Positions 1-9,475 of a stretch of 64,000 bases of DNA are shown here, in pieces. Within the stretch, counting starts at the first letter, position 1. The number at the start of each line of letters is the position of its first letter. A program made the translations under genes and the position numbers. The notes under the pieces are model-generated. The model saw only the letters and a program-made list of their open reading frames with translations, was not told the DNA's origin and ran no database searches. This DNA comes from Sminthopsis crassicaudata (taxonomy: Eukaryota), in assembly GCF_048593235.1 (NCBI RefSeq), contig NC_133619.1, positions 651,474,558-651,538,557 of the forward strand. The letters run 5' to 3'.

Positions 1-91
1 TCCCAGTGGGGGAGCGGAGGGAGGCGGACTGGGGCGAGAGAACTCCGACCCGCCCGGGATCCTCCGCAGAGAGGGCCGCCCCCCCCCCGAA

Positions 92-110
92 ACTACATTC
101 CCCATGAGGC
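92..110 (+). promoter_or_regulatory. ZNF143/THAP11-type (SBS) motif in a GC-box-rich CpG island, probably the promoter of the next gene to the left (BCAT2 in human)
   Basis: ACTACATTCCCCATGAGGC plus nearby GGGCGG-type boxes. The BCAT2 assignment is a synteny inference only. Confidence 0.55.
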
Positions 111-455
111 TCCGGGGTCCCCAGGCGGGGCGCAGCGCGAAGGTCCGCGGCGAGCTCCGAGGGGACATGCAGTCCCGCCTCTGGCCCGAGGGGGTGGGGG
201 CCAGGAAATAAAATCGAGGGAGAAACGGTGTTTCCAATTAGTCAGACTGAAAGGCCCGGGGGAAGGGAAGGGCGCAGGATCAGAGGGTCAAGGAGCTGGG
301 GGAGGGGAGGGGCTGTGGTGGGGAAGGGCTCCTGCCCCTCTTCCTGGGGGGGGTCTTGGGATCGCAGGAAAGGAAACTGAGGTCTGGGGCACCCGGGGGC
401 GGCCAAGGCCGGATTCCCGGGAGTGCGGCAGGTGCTGGGGGCGGAGCTCAACGGG

Positions 456-3400
456 TCACGTGACGGGCATCTTGCACCCGTAGCCCAGCTCGGCGCCCCC
501 GGTCAGGGGCAGGTCCACTCCGGTGCAGAAAGAAGCGTGGAAGGCCAGGAAGACCGCTGCAGCCCCCACTTCGTCCGGCCTGCCCATCCGTCCCAGAGGC
601 TGGGGGGGGAAGGGCAGAGGCTGAAGCCTGGGCGGGTCTCCGGGGACTGCCGACTCCCCCCCACTCCTGCCCTGCCCTGCCCTCCCCCGACTCCGCCCGG
701 AGCCTACCTGCGCCCGCGCCCCTTCTCTCACAGTGGCGGAGGGGTCGGGGGTCAGGGCGGCCAGCTCCTCCCACAGTGGCGTCCAGATGTTTCCCGGGGA
801 GATGCTGGGGAGGAGCAAGGTGGCCGCGAGAACCCTTAGCAAATGCTGATCGCCCCAGGCCCCCACGCCCCTGCCCGCGTGAGTGTCCTCAGCCAACCGC
901 CCTTCCAGCTCCCTGACCGACCTCGGTCTCCCCAAACCTCCAATGCGCAGTCTCCAAGGCCCCCAGGTCCTCCAGCCCCCTTAGCCCAAGGTCCCCAGTC
1001 CCAGCCTAAAGCCATCGGCCATCCAACAGCTTCCCTACGGCTCGCCAAAGTGTCCTGGCCAGCCCAGCCTGCGGTCGCCCCAGCTTCTTCGGTTTTTGCC
1101 CCCCTCAGCCTTCCCCTGCCCAGCAACCCGCAGCCCCCCAAGCCCCCTTTCTGCCCTTCTCTTGCCCTGCCTCGCTGGTTCCAACATTCAGGCCCCTTCT
1201 GCCCATCTCCCATCCCGGCAGCCCTGGTCCCAGTCTGAAGCCCACCTTCCCAGGCCCCTCTTTGCTCTCACCCCCACCCCTCCCCCTCAGCCACTCACCA
1301 GTTGACCCGGACCCCGTGTTGACTCTCATCCAGAGCTAGGGCCTTGGTCAGGGCGGTCACTGCGCCCTAGGGGAGGGAAGACAGAGTCCAGGCCTAGGAG
1401 AGGAGCCTTTGGTCCACTTAAGCCAAGAGGGACCCTGTGGGTGCGGCCACCTCCTCAGGCCCCGGGGGCCGTGGCCACTAGGCCCAGGCAGCGCCTTAGC
1501 CCCGGGACAGATTAGGACCCAGCTCCTTTGGTGCCTCATTGGCTGTGGCCGCCGGCCCGGCCCCTCCCACCCTGTACCTTGGTGGCCACATAGGCCGCAG
1601 CCTTCCGCTGCCCGATGGCGCCCACCAGGCTGGAGATGTTAATGATGCTGCCCCGGCTCTGGCGAAGGAAAGGAAGGGCCAGCTGTGGGGGGAGAAGCCA
1701 GTCAGTCCCGGCCCCCCCCCCCCCCAGGGCCTGCGCCTCCTGTGTCTGCCTGTCTATATGTGTGTGTGCTTGTCTGTCTGCAGGATCACAGAATGCCACA
1801 GCCAGTTTCCACAGATCACCCCCATTTCACAGATGAGAAACTAGCCCAGTCCTGTGGCAAGGCGCCCCCTCCCGCCCTCTGCCTTCCTCTTCCCAGAGGC
1901 TCCTCGCAGGCTCAGAGCGTGCCCTTTATCCCAGCTCTCTCTCACCTTTCCTGAAAACCGGGCAGGCGGCCAGCCAGCTGCCCTGGGCTCGGGCCTCGCC
2001 CAGATCCTCCCCCTGCAGCCGTTGGCTGCCCACATTTCCTCCTTCCTCAATGACCTTGGCATACAGCTCGGGAGCTTCCTGCCCTTCCCTGGGGACTTGA
2101 GCCACCTCCCAGTGGGACAGTCCCAGGCCCCAGGCCCATCTCCACCCCCTCCCTGCCAAAAACCAGAAGGAAAGAGATCCCCTTTCCTCACCCAGACCTG
2201 GAATCCCCGCCTGCTCCAGGACCCCCCTCTGGCCTGCCCCCGACCTTCCCAGCTGGGCCCTAGGCCCTGAATGCCGAGCCCAAGCCCAGGTCACTTCCCC
2301 TCCACCTCTGCCGGGGGAGTTCCTGCAGAACTGGGCCTGGTGCAGCCCTTAAGCTCTTCATTTCTGGCACAGTCCCTCGTCCTGCCCACAGCAGGCGTCC
2401 CAGCCGCCCCTTCCCTCACAGATCTCGGGGTGATTCTTCCCTCTGGGGGGGCTGGATCCCATTCCAGCAGTCTTCCTCAAACCTCCCCTCCATCTGTTTC
2501 CCTGACTCCGCCAGGCCCAGTTCTCCCCGCCCCTTCAGGAGCTGTTTTCCCGGCCTCCCCTCCCATGACCACCTGCAGCTCTCCTCTCCTCCTTTCACAG
2601 CTAAACTCCTGGAAAAACCTCACCTCTACTTCCTCACCTCCCACTCGCTTTCCAGCCCCCTGCAATCTGCCATCCACTCTCCCCTGCTGCCTGAAATCTC
2701 TCTCCAGGCAGAGCAAACCACCACCTGCTCCCTCAGGTCCCCCCCAACGTCCTCCTCGTCTTAAGCAGTGGGTCACGGGTCCCCCTGAGCCTTGCCCGTG
2801 ACGCACCAGGACGCTGTGGCCAGGTCGCCACAAGCTGATCGTACTTAACTGGCCTGGCCACTCTTTGGCGGTCCCTGGCTCCATGTTCCCACATGCGGCC
2901 CTGGACACCCTCCTCCCTGGGCCTGCTTTCTGGTCCAGAGACGGTCGTGACTCAGGGGCTCTCAGTGGGGAGTCGCGTCCGAGGCCCCCCAAGACCCCAG
3001 CCCCCTTCATCGGGCTGCAGAGGAGCAGCCCAGAATGCTCTGTGCTCCACCCCGTGGAGAGAGCCGAGAGCCCTTTCCTATGTCCTGTCTTTTCAGCCCC
3101 AAAACAGCCCAGGCTGGGAGCCTCTTTTCCACCCGGGAGCTTTGAAGCAACACTTCCCTTCTTGAGGGCAGCGGGCCAGCTTACAGTTCAAACCCCCCAC
3201 ATCCCCATTCAGATCCCTGGCTTAGGGGAGGTGAGTAAGCTGCAAAAGGAGGTGAAGAGTTGAGGGAGTCCCCTTCTGGATTTGGAAGTGCCCTCAGTTA
3301 AGGGAGGAGCTGGCCAGGAAAGGACCAGGCTCTTGGGGATTGGGAGTTAACCTGCAAAAGTTCTGCACACAGCCAGGATAAACGTGGATTAAGTGAGCTT

Positions 3401-6400
3401 CCCAGCAGGCAACGTTACCTAGAGACTGGGGTAAAGGAAGGGCCTGGAAGGGAAATCTGGGGCCTGCCGGGGCCAGCTGCAGGTGGGCCCCTCACACCTA
3501 GAAGCTTAATTCTTTTAAGCTCCCTGCCTGCTTTTATCTGCCTTGTGGGAACAGGAATTTCCCCCTTCTCCCAGAAGCTGGAGCCTATTTCCTCTTCTTC
3601 CTCGGCCTTCTAATGCAGTGCTCCTTAGTCCTTTGGCTCAAGGCCTTTCCCCTCTTGTATCGTGTTCCTCCTTACTCCCGAGGCCAGTCCTTAGCCCCCT
3701 CATTTCCCTAGTGCCTTTGTCCCCTTAACCTCATCCTTCCTGGTGACCTCACAGCCCTTTCCCATCTGAAACCCACCTCAGTTTTCTAGCTCTAGGCACC
3801 TGTCTCCAGAGTGCACCTCTTTTTTTCATGAGGCTGGAGTTAAGTGACTTGCCCAGGGTCACACAGCCAGAAGTGTTAAGTGTCTGAGACCAGATTTGAA
3901 CTCCTGAATTCAGGACTGGTGATCTATCCACTGCGCCACCTAGCTGCCCCTGGAGTGCATGTCTTCTGGCACAGCGAGGGGTCCCTGGCCCCCCTGGGCC
4001 CGGCACCCCCCAACCCGGCCTCGCACAACTCTCCCTGGTCCTGTCTCCCAGCCTCTTCAGCGCTAAATGTGCCATGTGGTAGGTTCTGGACTAGTTCCCC
4101 ACTCAAAGCCTCATGGCAGCCAGGTTTGTGGCCTGGAGGCCGGGGCCCTGTGGTGGCAGTAACTTGGGTAGCCCCAGTGTAGGGAAGGCTGAAAGAGGCT
4201 GGGCTCACCCACCCCCCTGCAGCCCTGGGTCATGCTCTTTCCCTCCTCCCCATAAACGTCTCTTCTCCAACCTGTTTCTCTCCCATGACCCCTTTTACCC
4301 CAGAGCCTCCGCCCTGCTCCACTCCATGTCAGCCTTTCTGAGGGAGATGGACCAAAGATGGAGAAGCACCTTGGAGCCCCTTGGGCTCTGCCTCCTCTTA
4401 CAGTGGGAAGCTAGAAGCCCAGGGAACAGCTGCAGGACTCCGGGGATAACTCCACTTGGAGGCTTCATCATAAACCCCTCAAGGCAGGAACTTCCTGTTA
4501 TTTGCCCAGGACTTAGCATAATGGCCCACACATCTCAGGCTCCAATAAATATTGATCAACTCCTCCCTCAAGGGAAAGCACATTTCCTCTGCCACAGCCT
4601 CCCCATCCCAGGGATTCAAAGCTCCCATCTTCCCGGTGCCCCACTGACCTTTCCCTAATCCCCTCCTCTTCCCCTCCACCGCGGTCCCTGGGTCCCTCCT
4701 TCCAGCTCCGGCCTGGGCCCACTGCTTCTGGTTGCTCCTCGACCATTTCTGCCTCACAATCCCCAGAGAGCCGCAGGAGCTGGCCATTTCCTCTCCAGCC
4801 CAGAACGGAGGCAAACGGTGCAGGGCCTGGCCTAGGGTCCCACGTGACAAAAACAAGGTCCTCCTCTCTCCCTGACTTCCACTTGCTTCCTGATTGTCCA
4901 CAAACAGCCCAGAAAGCCATCAGCGCACCCCACGGTCCCAGGACCACCTGGATCCCGAATCTCACTCCCCGAGGAGACCCCCAACCAGCGCCAGGGGGTC
5001 TGCCCTGTGTCCCCGCCTCGGCAGATGGCCTCCAGGCTCTCTCACCCAAGCTCCCGAGCTCCAGCCCCATGGGACCCTGGGTGTCTGGGACATCTCGGAT
5101 CCAGAGCTCCCTCCGAGTCTGAGCCGCCCTCTTCCAGGCTCCCCGTCACTGTGGAGAGCGCGCTCCGGGTCCCCAGGGGCGGGTCCCGCTCTCCCCCAGA
5201 CCCACAGCCATTCAGCCTCTGCTTTCTCATCCTAACGCTCCCCTCCCGGACTACTGCAGCAGCCGGGGGGTGACCCGGGGCCGCCTGGGACCCCCAGGGA
5301 CCGGACGCCACCTTCTCCGAGTTCAGAACTGGCTTCAGAGGCAGCTGGGGGCGCACTGGGTAGCACGGCCTGGAGTTAGTACCCCCCCCCAGCTGTGTGA
5401 GCATGGACGGCTCACTATTTACCTCAAGGCCCCAGCTGAGGAAAGTGGCAAATCTCTCCCTTATCTTTGCCAAGAACATCCCAGATACAGAACCAGAGTC
5501 TGCGTGACTGAGCAGCAGTCCGGCCCCAGGCGCTGATTCATCTTCCTGCCTCAAGTCTCTACCCACTACTGGCCATCAAATCACAGTCCTCCGCACCCCT
5601 CCTCCCCACTCCCATAAACCTTTGGGGTCAGACCTGGAGTCCTCCCTGAGGGAGCACTTTCACTGCCACTGCCCCCCCTGTCTGGCTCTCCTTCCCTCAC
5701 TTCTCCTGAGCCCCTCAAGGCTAGTGAGCCCCCAAAGTCACACCCCGACTCGTCGCCCCCATGCTCTCCAGCGCACCCAGTAATCTGCAAGCTCTTTCTA
5801 GTTCTCCCCCGTTTCTCTGTGTTCCCAGAGCTTAGCCAAGGCCCAGATGCTGGACTTGCTGACCGACTGCCTGGGGGAGGCAGGTGACTCACACACAGAT
5901 GGACTTAGACAGTTTGGGGAGATGGCCAATGCTGGGATTTTNNNNNNNNNNNNNNNNNNNNNNNNNNNNNNNNNNNNNNNNNNNNNNNNNNNNNNNNNNN
6001 NNNNNNNNNNNNNNNNNNNNNNNNNNNNNNNNNNNNNNNNNNNNNNNNNNNNNNNNNNNNNNNNNNNNNNNNNNNNNNNNNNNNNNNNNNNNNNNNNNNN
6101 NNNNNNNNNNNNNNNNNNNNNNNNNNNNNNNNNNNNNNNNNNNNNNNNNNNNNNNNNNNNNNNNNNNNNNNNNNNNNNNNNNNNNNNNNNNNNNNNNNNN
6201 NNNNNNNNNNNNNNNNNNNGGTTGTTTTTTTTTCTTTCTCTTTTCCCAAAGGGAGGTGGGAGAGAAGTTATATTTTTATCTGAAAAACAATCTAACTTTA
6301 AAAGAAAAACCCTTATTTTCCAACCTCAGAAAAGCCGGAATCTTTGGCCCCTCCGGGCTTGAGCCCAAGAAGGAAACAGGCTCAGAGACCGCTAGTAGCG

Positions 6401-8799
6401 CTGCCCCAGGGGGCGAGCTTGGGAAGGGGGGGCACTTCTCCCCTGTGGTTGTACAGAGGATCCCCAGCGGGCGGGGGCATGCCAGGGTGGGAGCGCTCAG
6501 CACACCCTCTCCCTCAGTCTAGGTCCTGGCCCTCCACAGACCCCACCCCAAGCTCCGGGGGCTTCCCATTCCTGCAGGCAGCAGGAGACAATCAAAGATA
6601 ACGGCCACAAATGGGAATAAATGCTATAAATGAACAGCGGGGGGCAAAAACCTGGCTGGGGGAGCCTGGACACTCAGAGGGCCAGCCAGGTCCCCGACAT
6701 GTCTTGTTTTACATTTATTTAAAGCTTTTTATTTTCAAACCAGATGCCCGGAGGTCCCCCCGATCCCCGAGCTCCACCACTGCACGGCAGAGCGCAAACC
6801 GGGTCAGAGTTTCCAAAGCCAAGTTCAAGGGCTTCTGAGGGACCTGGACAATCTGCGGGGGAAGATTTCTATCAGGACATTAGGGAAACCCCAGCAAACA
6901 TGGGAATTGCACACCCAGAATTAACTGCAATCCCATTAGTGCTGGAAGCCTGGGCCCTCTTTGGTCAATCACAGGCCGCCTGGAGCGGGAGGGGCTCCCT
7001 GGGGCGGGCCTGCCAATCACAGGCTGGATGCTGGTGCTCAGAGGGGGCAGTTGCGCTCATTCTCCGCGGTTTGTGGGACACGGGGAACCTTCTTTAGGTC
7101 ACTCAGCAAGAAATTCTGCTTTATTCTCCCCGCGTGAGCGAGTCCCCAGTCATGCAGCTAGTCAGCAGCCACCGGGCCCTCTGCCCAGCCCTGGTACTGC
7201 CCATGCCCAGTGGGCACGGGGCCCAAGAGCCCCTTCCAAGGCTGAGGCCCCGGCTTCTGGGAAAGGAAAGACCTGCCTGCTCCACGGGGGCCGGAGGGCT
7301 CCGACATTCCCAGGGGGCTCACCTTGGACACCGTGTACACGGCGAGGAGGTTCAGCTCCAGTAGCTCCCGGAAGGCCCCGGAGGACGTCTCTTCCAGCGT
7401 CTCCTCTGGGGGATCTGCGATAGGGGGGAGGGAGGAGGGTAAGAGGAGCAGAGCCGGGCCGGAAGGAGGCGGGGGCAGGGGGTCACTCACGGTGTCCGGC
7501 GTTGTTCACCACGCAGTCCAGGCGGCCAAACCGTCGCAGGGTCTCAAAGATCAGGGCCTGGAGGCCAGGAGACAAAGACTCAGAGCTCGGGAGACCCCGA
7601 GCCAGGCTCAGAGACGCGAGACAGAAACCTCCCAAGACTCAGAAATAAAGCGTGGGCAGAAGCCTCATTCTGGGGAGATCCAGCGAGGAGGCCGAGGGGG
7701 GGGAATCTGGGGAGACGAGACGGGCAGTGCTGGGGACCTGAGTGCCGCGACCCCCCATCCCGGCGGGCATCGGGGGCCAGAGCGAGACCTGAGGCCCCGG
7801 GCAGAGAGGGGCAGCGGCGCACCTGCACCTCTCCTTCTCTCCTCACGTTGCACTGGATGAAAACGGCCCCGGCAGGGGGCCGCGCCCACCGCAGTTCCTT
7901 TTCCAGAGCCCGGCCGCTTGTCTCTGGGGAGAAAGCAGGACTAGGAATGTCACCCGATGGGGGGAATGAGCTAGAGGAGGGGAGCTGGGTCCCTGAGGGG
8001 TGAGGGGGGGTGAGGGGGGGAGGGGTCCTTGAGGGGTGAGGGGGGGAGGGGTCCCTGAGGGGTGAGGGGGGGAGGGGTCCCTGAGGGGCGAGGGGGGGAG
8101 GGGTCCCTGAGGGGTGAGGGGGGGAGGAGTCCCTGAGGGGCGAGGGGGGGGAGGGGTCCCTGAGGGGCGAGGGGGGGAGGGGTCCCTGAGTTGGAGGAAG
8201 GGGCCAGGCTCAGGGTCACTCACCATCTCTGTCACAGATAACCACTATGGCGCCGTTCTCCACTAGGAGGGAAAGGGGTGCGGCTGGATTTGGAGCTCTC
8301 TGGGTGTGCTGGGAGACAGTTTGCCGAGGGGTGGCAGGGTTTCCGAGGCCTGGGTTGCCCCTCTTGGCAGCTGCTGGCGGGTGGCCCCCGACCTTCGCCC
8401 CCTGCCTCGTGATCAGTGTCTCATGGGAGCCAGGGCAAAGGGCAGGTTTGGCCTGGGGCACAACCCCCCACCCCGCGGGACCCTCGGTGGGTGGGCTCGC
8501 ACAACAGCCATCCGAGCGTCCGCTTCCCGAAGCCCAGCTTTGCCCACGCCCCGGCCTCAGTTTCTCCTCCAGCCTTTCGAGTCAATCAGAAGCTGCTTCT
8601 CCCCACCTGGGTCTACCCCTGGTGCCTAAGGCTCCTTGGGGGGAGCGGGTCCGCCGGCCCTTCCCCCGGACGTCCCCTCCAAAGGCCTCCCCCCAAGGCC
8701 AGGCTCACCGAAGGCGCGCACGATGCCGGCGCCAATACCCCGAGCCCCGCCGGTCACCACGACCACCCGCTTCTCCTCGCTGCAGGGACCCGAAGCCAT
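456..8799 (-). CDS. HSD17B14: 17-beta-hydroxysteroid dehydrogenase 14 (SDR family; also described as L-fucose dehydrogenase), 9 coding exons, about 267 aa
   Basis: Exons: 8709-8799, 8224-8262, 7823-7923, 7491-7557, 7323-7414, 1578-1682, 1299-1366, 708-804, 456-599. All GT-AG with consistent phase. Motifs [13 protein letters not shown], catalytic [20 protein letters not shown], and C-terminal [11 protein letters not shown] match HSD17B14. Confidence 0.96.
3820..3950 (-). mobile_element. tRNA-derived marsupial SINE, WSINE1-like
   Basis: Reverse complement GGGGCAGCTAGGTGGCGCAGTGGATAG...GAGTTCAAATCTGGTCTCAGACACTTAACACTT...GTGACCCTGGGCAAGTCACTTAAC, with an A-tail and GAGTGCA on both flanks. Confidence 0.85.
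5942..6219. other. Assembly gap (278 N)
   Basis: Run of N. Confidence 1.
7984..8190. repeat. About 27-bp G-rich minisatellite in HSD17B14 intron 2
   Basis: (GGGTCCCTGAGGGGYGAGGGGGGGAGG)n, about 7 copies. Confidence 0.9.
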
Positions 8800-9197
8800 T
8801 GAGATGTCCTCCCGTCGGAAGAGCGGCGCCCTCGGACGTCGGTCCCTCCGCAGCCGCCCGGTTTATAGCCCGAGTCCTCATTAGCATAGGCTATCACAGC
8901 AGTTCCCACCCCCTTTAGGGCCAAGGACCCTCAGCCCGTGCCCAAAGACGGCCCCCCTCATCCTTCCCCTAGCCCACCCCCTTGGGACCCCCTTCTAACC
9001 CCTCCTACTAGGACGGATAGGAACTTCCCCGGCCATGCCTCGAGAGAGCTAATAGTCTGCTACCACAGTCCCTGTGGGGGCTCCTAAAAGACCCCTCCAG
9101 AGCAACCCTCATCTGCAGATTAGATTCTCAAAAACCACAGCTCCCATGAGGCCTCACGCACAGAGGAGCAAGGCAGGCGGCTGAAAATGCCCCACAG

Positions 9198-9215
9198 CCT
9201 CCTGGGAGATGTAGT
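9198..9215 (-). promoter_or_regulatory. ZNF143/SBS motif in the HSD17B14 promoter
   Basis: Reverse complement reads ACTACATCTCCCAGGAGGC, about 400 bp upstream of the ATG. Confidence 0.6.
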
Positions 9216-9352
9216 TTTTCCTTCTAAGAGCCAGAGGGAGGCAGGTCAGAAAGCGACCCCCAGAGGAGCTGGGTCAGCTCGCTCAGGGTGGGAGACGGCG
9301 GGGCACCAGAAGGAAAGGCGGACGGAGCCAGGGCCTCAGTGATTACAACGAA

Positions 9353-9358
9353 TTTAAT
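9353..9358 (-). terminator. PLEKHA4 poly(A) signal (ATTAAA)
   Basis: tttaat on the + strand, about 120 nt after the stop. Confidence 0.55.
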
Positions 9359-9475
9359 CGAAACTGGCAAAGAAGGGAGGGATGGACTGACAGTCTTCTG
9401 AGGAACCTCAGGTCCCGCCCCCTGGAGCCTAGCCCCGCCCCTCCGCCTCTAATTGGATGCAGCTTTGCTGACGTG

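Noticed and set aside
2730-5900. Nested receptor-like gene in HSD17B14 intron 5 (VKYDQL and ELYAKV tyrosine motifs, several long ORFs)
   Set aside because: No coherent exon chain, signal peptide, Ig domain or TM segment. Long ORFs are expected at this GC content.
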